Of a stretch of DNA of 64,000 bases, positions 13,332 to 26,130 are shown piece after piece. This stretch comes from Takakia lepidozioides (lineage: Eukaryota > Plantae > Bryophyta), in contig CM060734.1 in assembly GCA_030704615.1 (NCBI GenBank), positions 27,714,001 to 27,778,000 of the forward strand, read 5' to 3'. The translations under genes were made by a program, and so were the position numbers. The notes beneath the pieces were generated by a model. That model searched no databases and had not been told where the DNA came from. It worked only from the letters and a program-made list of their open reading frames with translations. The stretch's first letter is position 1; each line of letters begins with the position of its first letter.

Positions 13332-14250
13332 TGTGTTGTGTGTATGTGTGTGAAACTCTAAAGATCTGAGAATTTGCTGTTCTAGTAATCTGCTATATAG
13401 ACACATTACTACCCTATGAAGGACTGTAACATCATTCACCCAAGTTGTCCCTGTGAAATGCTAACATATATACAGCAGTGGATACATAAGTCATTTAGTT
13501 TTCCACACAGAAATGAACTTCGATAGACTTGATTAACAGTGCACTATCAAGATGTAGACAAACACAGGTAACAGACAAATCCACGTTCAACATACATACT
13601 TCAATGTCTCCTGTAGTGTTTTGCCGGATTCCCAATCGGGTGCACCATTAGATACCACCTACTCTGATGGTGAACCACATACAAACAATCCGTAACTTCC
13701 TGGCTACAGATAAAAACTCTGCATGGCATCTGCATTGACCATATGACCCAGCAAGAAAGCAAGACATCTAGAAATGTACTGAACTCTATGCCTCATAGAT
13801 GTAGTTGCTATCTTTGTAATTCCTTTGAAGTCGATGCAGATCTTACCAAGAACCAGGAAGCCTAAAGTTCTGCATATTGTTGGGAACACTTAAAGATCTG
13901 CAGTGGGTGAGCCGCGGAGATGTAACAAAACTTGCGATTATGATTGGGTCCTGTTGTTGTAAAGAGACGGAAAGATTTGGGTCAATATTGAATGGGTCAA
14001 TCGACAAAAAAGTAAGACACTCCTGATGATAGTGTCTTTCTAGCTTATCATAGCCCCACTTGCTTCATTCGCTGTAACGCAGGAAAAAAAGAATCAGAAG
14101 TCAAGGCCTGGTGATAACAACATTCCAGTTTCACAGGTGATCTCACTCTGTGGAATGAGATCACTTTGTACCCTCTCGATCTCTCGTCCTTCAACAAGGG
14201 TGATTTTACAACACAACTGATACATGATCTAATCGACCAAGACTGCAACG

Positions 14251-15225
14251 TTACGCAGCAACCTTCTTGGATGTGACCGAGTTGATAATGGTGGCAAATT
14301 CAGGTCCCTTCAATGATGCACCTCCCACAAGAAAGCCATCGATGTCTTCTTGCTTCGCAAGCTCCGCACTGTTGGCTCCATTCACCGAACCACCATAGAT
14401 GATGCGCGTTTGTGAGGCCACCTCAGGGGACAGCTTCTCACTCAGCCATTTACGAATTGCTGCATGCACCTCCTGCGCTTGGGCAGGAGTGGCCACTTTG
14501 CCAGTGCCAATGGCCCATACTGGCTCATATGCAATCACCACATTCGACCAGCTTGGCAGTTCGTCAACGAAAGCTTGGAGCTGCTCGAAGACGACATCGA
14601 AAGTACGATTTCCCTCACGCTCCTCTAACTTCTCTCCCACGCACGCGATCACACTCAGGTTCTTGGACAGAGCATACGCACTCTTCTTTCCGATGAAATC
14701 GCTCTTCTCCCCGAGGACATGCCTGCGCTCGGAGTGCCCATGGATCACCCACTTAACCCCAATGTCCTGCAATTGCTCCGCGCTGATCTCACCGGTAAAC
14801 GCCCCGCCCTTCCCAACCCACGAATTTTGCGCAGACACCTCGATGCGCTTCTCCAGAGACCTCAGAACCTGGTCAATGTAGATGAAAGGGGGAGCAACCA
14901 CCACATCCACATCCTCCTCAAGCTTCTCAGCGTTCAGATCCCACACCAGCTTGGCGATGGACTCCTTCGTCCCATTGCATTTCCAGTTCCCCCCCACAAA
15001 GAACTTGCCGCTCCCCACCATGGTCACAACACCTCTGTGCCCCCTTCCGCTTCCGCCCGCAACCCGATGCTGCAAACCCACCAACGAACTCTCTCCGATC
15101 TCCAGCCGCCGCAGACCACAGAACTGGGGACAGCCCACCAAGCTCCGCACTGTGGCTCCGGCTCTGGCTGCTGAAGATGTGAATGACGCTGTGTACGTCG
15201 CTGTGGATGCGATGGCATGCGCCAT
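14251..15225 (-). CDS. TPI: Triosephosphate isomerase, plastid-targeted, intronless, intact (324 aa)
   Basis: [11 protein letters not shown] (catalytic K), HGHSERR (catalytic H), [11 protein letters not shown] (catalytic E), [10 protein letters not shown]. Ala/Ser/Thr/Arg-rich ~70 aa N-terminal transit peptide. Confidence 0.97.
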   Translation of the reverse strand: MAHAIASTATYTASFTSSAARAGATVRSLVGCPQFCGLRRLEIGESSLVGLQHRVAGGSGRGHRGVVTMVGSGKFFVGGNWKCNGTKESIAKLVWDLNAEKLEEDVDVVVAPPFIYIDQVLRSLEKRIEVSAQNSWVGKGGAFTGEISAEQLQDIGVKWVIHGHSERRHVLGEKSDFIGKKSAYALSKNLSVIACVGEKLEEREGNRTFDVVFEQLQAFVDELPSWSNVVIAYEPVWAIGTGKVATPAQAQEVHAAIRKWLSEKLSPEVASQTRIIYGGSVNGANSAELAKQEDIDGFLVGGASLKGPEFATIINSVTSKKVAA

Positions 15226-17419
15226 AGCTTTCCTCCACCACCTGCCCCTTCGACAAGCTTATCACCACCTTATCTACCAATCTCTGGATCTTTTCTCCAA
15301 AAAGCGGGGGATCGCGGCCCTGCAGCCCCTATCCTCCTTACACTCACACCTCGCCCGCCTGCCTGGACGGCTTCGATCCGCGATGCCCGCCCTCCTCGCA
15401 CCCCGCCTGCCATGGCCGCCATGGCCGCGGCATTGGCAGCATCGCGCACCCACGTGCCCACGCCCTTGTTTTCTGTTTTGTATCATTTTCTATTTCTGCG
15501 CCGGATGATGCGCCACAATGATGGATGGCCCACCATCCATCCATTATCGTTCTCTCCGGCAGCTTGAAGGCGGCCGGTTGTGCGCCCTGCGGGACTCGGT
15601 TCAACCGGCTGAGGGCCACTTTATGCACGCGCCGATGATGTGGTGGGGGTCGATGATTGGACTAATTTGCTCATTCGGTCTGTGGATACTCAATGTAACG
15701 CTGTAAACGTCCAAGGGGTATTCTCACGTGGCAATTTCGGTCAAAGGACGGCATTTCCAACTCTTGGCCGGGCGGTCGACCAAGGTTACCGAGATTAATA
15801 ATTACAACGTGAAGTTAGGTGGTAGTCAAGATTGTGAATGTATGTTATCTGCTTGGGTGACTGCTGAGGAAGCTAGGGAATTTTCGGTGGGACGAGAACT
15901 CTTGTTTGCGGCTTCTTACTACTCTCTTGCGGAGTTGAAATGTGATGAATGTAAGATCAAAGATGTCACATCATCAAATGACTCCAGCCATACGACGCCG
16001 GTAGCATTTGATACAGCAATTTGGCCCATCTTCTCTGCTTGACCCAGCTCATTGCGGTTGATGACAAGCCCCAGTGTCCTCGATATCCTCTCAGCGATCA
16101 TGCCTCGTACTCAGCTTACAATTACTGACCTGTGTCACATTGGGGTTATGGTGGAAAATGGCCCTTTAGCTCTTGACACCGTTGCGATCATCCACCTTTT
16201 CCCTATGCTGCTCCTGTTCATGGGTGAAAGCAAGCTATGGTGGCTTAGTGATGACCACATCATGAGTCCTTAAGAAATACACAACATTTTTATAAAGAGT
16301 TTGAAAAATGAGAATGCAATGCATTGACTGAGAAAGTAGATGGATGTATACTAAGGCAAATTCATTTTAATAAAAATTTGAGATTATATTAAGTTGTCAA
16401 AATCCCAAAGTCAACCTTAAAGTCAATCTTAAACCATAAACCTTAAACCTCTAATTACATGAAAAAATCGGAGCATTACTCGACGAGTTGAATGCAAGCG
16501 TGGGAGCCTTGCCGGTACGGTCGTCGGGGATGGCCGTACCGGCGACATCCCGGCGGGGCACACTGTCAAATCCCCACCCCCTTGCTCCCCTTTCACCTGC
16601 GAGCCTGTATTTCTAGAATAATAAACCATTAGGAAATAAAAAATGAGGTAAGAAGCCGACGGAAGTGTGGTGGCTAGGTGATGTGTCTTACGAATTCGAG
16701 GTCTGAGGTTCAATCCGTATCAGTGAAATCACGTTGACTGATTGGATGCACAGTGGACTGATTAATATACTTTTTCAATAATCCTAAGTCCAAGATTTGT
16801 GGCTACGCTCCCCTGTTCCCTCTGTCCCCTCATTGTTCCAATCCCGCTCCCCTATCTTTATCCCTTGTCCTTGTTCCCTTGTTCCCGGTCCTCGCTCCCC
16901 TCCTCGCCCCGGTTCACGGTCCCCGCTCCCCTACTCGCCCTGTGGAATGCGGGGAATGCGGCTCGCTCCCCTGTTCGTGGTTTGTCCCACTATGGGGGGG
17001 GAGTGACTGAGCAGCTGCAAGGATCTTGGACCGGGAACAGGAGAGCAAAATTGGAGAATGTTTGGGAACATGGTCCTAAAAATGGGGAGCGTGAGGAAGG
17101 GAGCAAGAGGTTTGGAGCGCTCCCCACCTTTACAATGGGGGAAGAGATTGACAGGTAGTCTGCCAGAGCCTCCTTGACCTCAGGCAAGCGGGCCCCACCA
17201 CCTCATACGCTTGCCTTAAACTCGTCGGGTTAGCGTAGTCCTTGCCTTTTTTCCACATCTTTCTTGGCGGCCCTTTGTAATAGGCCAAGGTACCTTTTCA
17301 ATTAAAGGAGTTTCTTTAATTCATTCATTTTCCTCCTATATGACAATTTGAAAATTCACTGTTTTCTAGGGTACTTAAAAATGCATAAATTTATATAATT
17401 AAATATTAATATATTTATT

Positions 17420-19300
17420 TGCTCAGGCCTAATGATTTTATGGAGGAGAGGTTGCAAGCGGAGAGCCAAAGCTTTGGCTATGATTTTCGTAAGAGGAATT
17501 AAGAAGGGTAATGGGAGAAGGTGGACGCGTTGCCGAAGCAAGCGTAACTTATGGTGTCACTTGACCCAGAGCTATTGCCTTCCGGTAGGAAGGTGGACAC
17601 CTTTGTAACAACCAACAGGGTGGTTTGAACCCACAACCACTCGTAAGAGGGTATATGCCCTTACCACTGGGCTACATGTTGGTTGTTGGGTAATGGGACG
17701 TTAATTGGTGATGAACTCTCTATCTCCTTTTCTGAAAATGAGAGCTATCAGACTCAGAGATTTGAGATGGCATCATTTCCTTAGCAAGAATATCATTGTC
17801 CATATTAGTGAAGTCTTCACATCCATAGCCTGTTAGAAAAACTCTACCGGAATGTCGTCTAGTCCAGAGGATTTGAGAGGAGCGAGAGATCGTGTAGCAT
17901 GGCCAAGTTCATCCATGGTGAAAGGGGCAAAAATAGTGGCCAAGTCTGATTCAGAGAGGGACCTAGGAACATGTTCCAAAACTTCAAAAATGATCCAAGA
18001 ACGTTGAGGAGAGGAGGTAGGACTAGCAAAGAGATTCTTGAAGTGGTCTGCTGCCAGACAAACAATCATCTTAGATGTGGAATGGGAGATTCCAGATGAG
18101 TCTTTGAGAGCAGGTATTGTACTAGAAGCTTTAATGAAGAAGTATTTGGATATCTTCTCGCCACTTGGAGACCAACTTACACCAACTTTCCTCTTGAAAT
18201 TAGCTTCTTTGGCTAAGTTAAGTTGGGCAAGATTTTGTTTGGCTACTTTGTACGATATGAGAGTTTGAGGGCCATCAGAGCCCTGCTCAAGATGCATCTG
18301 GCAGACCTTCGGGCATTTTAGGAGAGACCATTCCCGCTAAGAAGCATCTTTCGCAAGCTTCTCGGAAATTTCCTGACTTAGTGATCTGACCATCTGGAGT
18401 TTGGAGAGGAATTTGACAGTGGCAGAGTTGAAGTTGTTACTAGAGGTCCACCAGCTTATTTCCAGCGATTCACGGATTTTCGGGAGATTTAAGCAGACTG
18501 GGTTAAGCTTAAAGTTCCTCTACCACGTACCCATGAGCCTGGAGGGACGAGTTGGATGGATATGATAGAGTGGTCAAATTCTGGAAGAATAGGGCCAAGA
18601 GGGACTTTCTTAGACCAAGACAAGAGAGAGGGGGACTAGTAGAACCTATCCAACCTTGCAAGCCCAAGAGCTGGAGGGTCACGATTGTTAGACCAAGCTT
18701 GAAGAGCTCACCACGGTTTGGTTCAGAGGCATCAGAAAGTCCTATGGAGAAGCAAAGGGAATCCCAGACGCCGCGTTCAGCGTCGGAGATTCCTTGGGAG
18801 AATATGGAACTAGATCTGTCAGAGTTCATTCGACCATGTTGAGGTCTCCACCAATCAACCAGTGTTCAACTTTAGGGTGTGCCAAGATTCTGTCTCTTAG
18901 AGAAAGCCAAAGAGTGATACGATCATCAACTAGGCGCATAGACATTCACCAAGCCAATAGAGCCCTGATTTCCAGCAGGGAGAAAGGAAGCACACTGGAG
19001 GCAGCCCTGGATATTCCATGTTTCAACCTTGGACACCTGGGAAGCCAGAAGGGGGGAGAAAAGAATAGTTGTCCCTCCTCTGGATCCACCACAGCCGGAT
19101 TCCAGTAAGCAGAGGCTGAGGGCCACATAGCATAACCAATAGCATTAATCTTCAGTAGGTCAAGCTTATGTTCTTGTAAGAAGACGAAGGTAGGTCGTGA
19201 AAGAAATTGAGACAACCAAGAACAAATCCTAGCCCTTTTAGGCGCCGAGGCGTGCGACCCAATGCCACGGATGTTCCAGTTTTGAACTCAGAAGTTCATG
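17420..19300 (-). mobile_element. L1-type LINE ORF2 fragment (AP endonuclease and start of RT), degenerate and 3'-truncated
   Basis: NWNIRG, VFLQEHK, LVNVYAPS, IGGDLN (endonuclease); KSSGLDDIPVEFF, RPITL, KIIAKALALRLQPLLHKIIRPEQ (RT). Confidence 0.88.
17517..17687 (-). mobile_element. tRNA-derived SINE, full-length head, inserted into the LINE
   Basis: On the minus strand: A-box TAGCCCAGTGG, B-box GGTTCAAACC, stem ACAACCAACA/TGTTGGTTGT. Flanked by 11-bp TSD GGGTAATGGGA (17506-17516, 17688-17698). A second copy lies at 47678. Confidence 0.88.
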
Positions 19301-22300
19301 GAGGCACTACAACAGGATGTGGGATTTTCGGTTTCACTGCCAAAATAGTCGAAAGTACCATTTTTACCAAAAAACCAGATAGTGACAAAGGGCGAGTCGA
19401 TTCCGGCATGCGGTAAAGTAGGAGTGACAGTCGATGTCAGTGAAAATATTTCACTGTGGTGGAGCCCACCAATTCTAGTTGGGTCGGTAGTGGATAGTAA
19501 ATTATTTCATTACCCATATAATGAACAACTTTATCACAAGAGCCACATGTGCTATAATCACCATGTGAGAGAGATTACGATAGTGAATATCGACACTATG
19601 AGTAGTTTGTATTATCACTATTCAGTTAGCAAAGAAATTTCATAATTCACTGTATAGTGGATATCACTACAAATGAAAGATATATTCAACTGGTATCAAT
19701 GAACGTACATCGAGGTAGTTCACTTTAAGAAGCCATGTGTCACAAACTTATTCGGTGAAAGAGCATATATGAGTAGTACTGATAGTGTATATTTACACTA
19801 CTCTGTATAGAATTATTAAAGTTTTATGCAGCACTATATAGTAAAATTGGGAAGGTGAAAATTCTATCATGTGAGGATATTTCACTATATTAAGGAAATA
19901 TTTCATTATACAGTGACTAAATAGTAAAAACAGAATAGTGAAGATGTTTGACTACACAAGAATTGGGTGAAGCATACACTACAACACAAACTGGTTTTTG
20001 CCACAGCCTAATTCACACAATTTGGTGTGAAAACAGCCAGGGGTCACACCCTCAGCAAGTGTGTAAACATACGTGAAGATTCGGACACCTGTTGCAAACG
20101 GTGGCTCTGTGAAACGACCATGCCACACTTCATCCACAGCTGACATGGACAATGGTGGCCGTGGCTGGCCACCTGGGCATGCCAACGTGTCATGCCACCT
20201 GGACATGCGCATAGGACGCGCCACCTGGACATTGCCACACACCACGTGGAGGAGACGGCACGTGGCAGCCCTGGATCGCTCCTGCCACGCGACGTGGAAT
20301 AATGTCGCAGCGACACGTGGCATTTTGGACATGATGCAGGTAGTACGTGGAATAATATGGGGATGGCAAGTGGATTTTTGGACATGGTTGCGGGGGCCAC
20401 GTTGAATAATTTTGGGATGACACGTGGATTATGGAAAACCAGGGGGGCCACGTGGAGTGAGGACGCAATGACACGTGCGAGGGGGTGGTTGTGGGCACAT
20501 GACGCCAGTGTGGGTGGGAAAGTTCACAGATTTTGGGAGTCTAGGGTGAGGGATTGTTCACACTCTGACTGTGCTTCTGCATGTCATACTCACATGCCTG
20601 TGACATTGTGTACACTCCTGGAAATGTAGTGTTGCTCATAGGAACATACTGCAATTCTAAAAATCCATACATACGTACATACTACACATACTACACAAAA
20701 TCAGTATACAGACCCTCCACACGAACAGAAGCAGCAGCATGGCAAAGACATGCATCATTGTGCATGGATCTACTTATTACCACACGGTTTCCAAATGACG
20801 CTTCATTGAAATGTTCATATTAAGCCCAATGGCAATTCCAACTCCAAATGTGTAAGACACTTGACCAGCTTAAAGCCTCCTTTCATACCCCTCCTGGTGC
20901 CTTGTTAAAACTTGTCTGACAGTAGTTTATTCTAGATTGCAACCCGGGAAGTGCTGAAGAGCACTATAAGTCATACTTAACAACAATCATTTAAGCATGT
21001 TGCCTCTTCAATACCCCTCATCTTTCAAGTCTTACAATGAGCTTGCTTGTTATATTACTTGACAAACAACCTACAATCAAAACATTTGCATGGCACGTAG
21101 AGTAACACATAATCTGTCTCCTTTGAGGAATGCAAAGCTGTCAGGGGCTGCTGAGCAAGGTATTTCAGCTTTTGATTTGGTAATAAGTTGTGACACACCA
21201 ATCCTCACTTTAGTCCAACGAACAGGTCCAGCTTCCGATGTGTTCCTTTCATTAGCTTGGCATTAACTATCTCATCTTTCTTAAATGATAGCTGTTACCC
21301 TGAGTTGGATCACTTCTACTTTGCCTCGGCTTCCATTGGATTTGGGTCGGCATCTTCATCCAATGTGGCCGGACGAGCCATATCCTCCCCAATTTGTTGT
21401 CCCTCCCCCAAGTGGTTCATTAACAAATCCTCCATGGCTCTCACATTGTCAAAGTCCATATTGTGTTCATTGTCCACATTGTCACCGTCTTGGGCAATAT
21501 GGTTGCCTGGGCCTTGTTCTCCGCAGCCAATATCAGAACTATTGACCACCTCGGCCTGCGTGCCCCATGGAGGGTTCGCTGACCTCATTTGCTCGTGTAC
21601 TTGGATCTATATAAATACATTAACAATTCATTTAATGTACAATGGGTGGGAATCGCTCCATTTGCATCCAAAAATATATGTACAGTAGCACACCCTAATC
21701 ACCAATCCCTACTGGTGCCACAATATAGGCCACGATATGTGTACATGACTAATCACCATCCCCTAGTACAAGTTTCCTCGGCGGCCGCGGGAGTGACGTT
21801 TGTCACGTTTGGCAAACTCCCTCCACTCCCGATTTCTTTTCTCATCCCAAGCCTTATCAGAGAACTCATAAGCGACGAACAACTCTGAACCGGCGGTAAT
21901 CGTACTATATGCACATGTCATAACAAAATTTGATATCGATTGTGCTAGTCTAACATCCCTGTCATGTCACTCATCCCACAGTACATTGGTCATTTTAGGT
22001 TTACCAATTGAACTATTGATGAGGTGGAGTGATGCAACGCAGTTGACTCTGCATGGGCCGGTGTACTAGTGCAAACTGGACGAGGAGGAGATACAGATGG
22101 ATGAGGATCAGAAGGTGGAGGAGGTGGAGCTGGACTAGTACAACTAGAGCGTACTGGTGATGGACGTGGAATATCGACATTATGAGGAGGCGCCGGTGCA
22201 AGCGATGGACGGCTGCGCGTTGGGCGACCAAATAATCGAAGGGCGTAGGGTAAGCCCTTCGTCTCACGGACCCTATCTATGTCAACCTGAGGGAAAAACA

Positions 22301-23089
22301 AAGTCACATCCGGCAATAGATGGTCCACCTCCAACTCATCACGTATCTATGATGAACTGTTTTTGTGCGCTTGGAGGGCAACGACTCATGGCTGCACGTA
22401 ATATATAATTCATACAATTAGTTTATTGTTTACTCAATATATTTAACCATAGTAACTTCCATTAAAGTATCAATTACAAGTCATTTTTAAATAAACGAGT
22501 ACTTACAACAAACGTACGTCTTTATATACTAGCACAAATAATGTTACAACAATGGATTATAGAAGGCTCACCCTTGCCGCATCGGCAATCCCTCATGTCT
22601 GATAGTGTTCATCCACAATATGATCCTGCCACACCACCGGAACACCTCCGGGTGCCACTCGTGCCCAACACCGCTCGCACTAACATCCCACCCGAGAGGG
22701 TTTGTCCAAAGTGGCTCAATTAGGGCCTCGTGGCTCTGGACTAAGAGGCCTAGGACCTCGAGGTGGCAAGCTGGGACGTGGAACGGGATGCTCGAGGCCT
22801 TGTGCATGAATCAAATGAACATCTCCAGGTACGTCCGCCAACCGCTCATCCCTACGTCTTCAGCATCTTGAAAGAAATGGAAGTATATCAAGCATGCGGA
22901 CATCATTGTTGGAGGTGTTCTCGTCGGGTGGAACTACATTTCGATAATCATCCTCCGTGATTGGCCGAGCCCGTGAGCATACCATCACCTATAAAAAAAA
23001 AATCCAAAAACCTCACTATTGAAATTGCACATCCAACTAATATATGAATTATATGAAACAGGACATCATGCTTTCAAAAAAACTCCAAC

Positions 23090-23520
23090 CCCCAGGAAGC
23101 GACCACCTGGGGGTCGCAGATACCGTGCAACGGGAAATAGGTGCCCACAGCATCCGACACCAACAATTTCTAAGTCCCCGGAAACGACCTCCAAGGGGTC
23201 ATATCAAAAAAGCGACGGGAAATAGGTGCCCACATCATCCGGCAGTACTAAAACCACCAAGTCCCCGAAAACGACCTCCAAGGGGTCGTATGTAGAAAGC
23301 GACGGCAAATGGGTACCCACACTAGCTCGTATCCGGCTTTAAAAACTACCAAGTCCTCGGAAGCGACCTCCAAGGGGTCGCTTATAGAAAGCGACGGGAA
23401 ATGGGTGCCCACACTACCTAGCATCCGGCTCTAAAACTACTAAGTCCCCAGAATCGACCTCCAGGGGGTCGATTATAGAAAATGACGGGAAATGGGTGCA
23501 CACTAAAAAATTTCTAAATC
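23090..23520 (+). repeat. Tandem array of ~5 units of ~85-90 bp, each with a CGACC-n-GGTCG hairpin
   Basis: aagtccccggaaacgacctccaaggggtc...gcgacgggaaatrggtgcccaca is repeated; an isolated copy lies at ~24168. Confidence 0.85.
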
Positions 23521-24759
23521 CCCGGAGGGTGATTGCAAACTAGAGTGCACCAAAAATGGCAGATCATGAGTACATAACATAAAGGAGGATGTGACGAATC
23601 CTCAACCATCGGATTTGCTTCAACTGACAATCTTGACCGTCTGTTATTGACTGTTAAAACCAAAAAAAAAAATTACGGTAATCAATTCACAAATGTTTTT
23701 TTAAAATTTGATCACAATCAACCCTCTATTTATGGTAAATGAATGCGTCTAATGAAAAAAAAATGTTATTTCAAAAGAATTTAATCATAAAGGACTTTAT
23801 GAAAATAACTATTTTTTAGGCTCAATATAGTACATAATTTTTTTTAACTTTATATTTTTGAATGATAGGTTTCATTCCAGATTCCTCATTCTCCAAAGCA
23901 AGGTTGAGAGAGTCCCTTTTCTTGACCTTGTTCTAACTCCTATATTAAAAAAATCCATAACGACTTTTTTTTATGGACTGTGACTAAAGATTCTGGGTTT
24001 TGATAATGAGATTTAAAAGTGTGAAAATATCTGTAGATGAGCCTTTGTATATTAGTCCTTTTTCATTGATGGCATTGTCATGTAGAAGTATGATAATTTA
24101 CCACTATTATATGTCAGGAAAAAACAGTTCTGTGACAGCAAAAAATGAACACTGTAGGCTGCAATCACCCCGGAAGCGACCTCCGGGGGGGTCGCAACTA
24201 CACAACGACGGGATTTTTTTACAAATTTTGATTTGTTTGATTACCGTCGTTAATTAAAAAAAAATCAAAATCGTCAAGCGACCTCCTTGTCTCTCTCACG
24301 GCCCAACTCCCTCTTCCTCTCCTCTTCACTCAGCTTGCAAGGTAGAGATTTCAATAAGAGGGTGAGAGGTGCGGAGGTCACCTCATCATGGGGGAGCTCG
24401 GAGGAAGGCGCACTTCGTGCACTTGCTTTTTGCCACGGCTGTGGAGTCTCCCAAGCTCCGATGTTGAGCTGCTCGCCCTCGGCCGTTCGTCTTCCGGAGA
24501 TGAACTAGGGATCCCTTCTCTTTCGTTTACCTTGCTTTCCTTGCACCTTCAAACCCTCCCCTCTATCTTCCTTTTCCTCGCAAGGCGAGCTCGTCGATTC
24601 CAGCTCCCCCACCTCTGTCGGTCTGCTAGCTCGCCGAGGCCGTTGCCCCTGTGTGTGTATGTGCTGCAAGATAGGTCACCAGAGCTTAGCTCGCTCACCC
24701 CCGGCTGTCCTTCCCCGGTGAGCACCCTACAGCCACCCCGCCCGAACTTGGTTAGGTTT

Positions 24760-26130
24760 TCAAATTTGGGTGATGGCACCCTCTCATTCTCTCACACTAC
24801 CTCTCTGTTAAGCAATTCGTAGCAACGGGGAGCTGGCCGCATTGGTGCGCGCGGCCACACCAGCCCACTTGGGTTTTTTTTTTTTTCAAATTTGGGTGAT
24901 GGCAGACACCCTCTCTATCACGCATGCTCTGTCAAGCAATTCGCAACAACGGGGGGCTGGCCGCATTAGTGCGCGCAGCCATACCAACCCACTTGGGTTT
25001 TTTTTTTTCAAATTTGGGTGATGGCAGGCACCCTCTCTATCACGCATGCTCTCTGTCAAGCAATTCGCAGCAAGGGGGGAGTGGCCGCATTGGTACGTGC
25101 ATCCACACCAGCCCACTTGGGCTTTTTTTTTTCAAATTTGGGTGATGCAGGCACCCTCTTTCTCTCCCTCACCACCTCTTTGCAGCAATTCGCAGCAATA
25201 GGGGGGCTGGCGCAGCCACCACAGCCCACATGGGTTTTTTGTTTTTTTTATTTTGGGTGATGCAGGCACCCCCTCTCTCTCCCTCACCACCTCTATGCAG
25301 CAATTCGCAGCAAGGGGGGGGCAATTCACATCCACCCCAACCCATATGGGCTCTTTTTTATTTTATTTTGGGTGATGCAGGCACCCTCTCTCTCTCCCTC
25401 ACCACCTTTGTGCAACAATTCGCGACAAGGGGTGGGCAATTCGCAGCCACCCCAGCCCACATGGGTTTTTTTTTTTTTTTTTGGGTGATGCAGGCATCCT
25501 CTCTCTCTCCCTCACCACCTCTACGCAACAATTTGTAACAGCAGAGGGGCTGGCGTAGCCACCCCAGCCCACATGGGCTTTTTTTTTTTTGATTTTGGGT
25601 GATGCAGGCACCCTCTCTCTCTCCCTCACCACCTCTGTGCAGCAATTCGCAGCAATGGGGGGCAATTCGCGGCCACCCGAGCCCACATGGCTTTTCTTTA
25701 TTTTTATTTTGGGTGATGCAGGTACCCTCTCTCTCTCCCTCACCACCTCTGTCAAGCAATTCACAGCAAAGGAGGGGGGGGGGGCTGGCCGCACTAGTGC
25801 GCGCAAGCACCCCAGTCCACACAGGTTTTTTTTCTTTTTTTTTTTCTTTTCGGTGATGCAAGCACCCTCTCTCTCTCCCTCACCATCTCTGTGCAGCAAT
25901 TCGCAACAACGGGGGGCTGGCCGTGCTGGTGCGGGCAGGCACCCTCTCTCTCTCCCTCGCCATCTCTGTCAAGCAATTCGCAGCAGGGGGGGGGGGCTGG
26001 CCGCGCTGGTGCGCGCAGGCACCCCAGCCCACATGGGCCTTTTTTTTCTGTTTTTGGCTGATGCAGACACCCTCTCCATCTGTCTCTCTCACGACCTACC
26101 TCACATTCGTAGGAACGGGGAGCTGGCCGC
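24760..26130 (+). repeat. Tandem array of ~11-12 units of ~115-125 bp
   Basis: Unit: poly(T)-gggtgatgcaggcaccctctctctctccctcaccacctct..gcaattcgcagcaa-poly(G)-..cagcccacatggg. Confidence 0.92.

Noticed and set aside
14399-15567. Plus-strand ORFs overlapping TPI
   Set aside because: Antisense shadows of a GC-rich coding sequence with no motifs.
16662-16722. Second tRNA/SINE-like head (GGTTCAATCC B-box at ~16707)
   Set aside because: Weak A-box and no stem, tail, TSD or second copy in the window.
17600-17687. Functional tRNA gene
   Set aside because: The anticodon arm is degenerate, and the head is attached to a SINE body with a TSD and a second dispersed copy.
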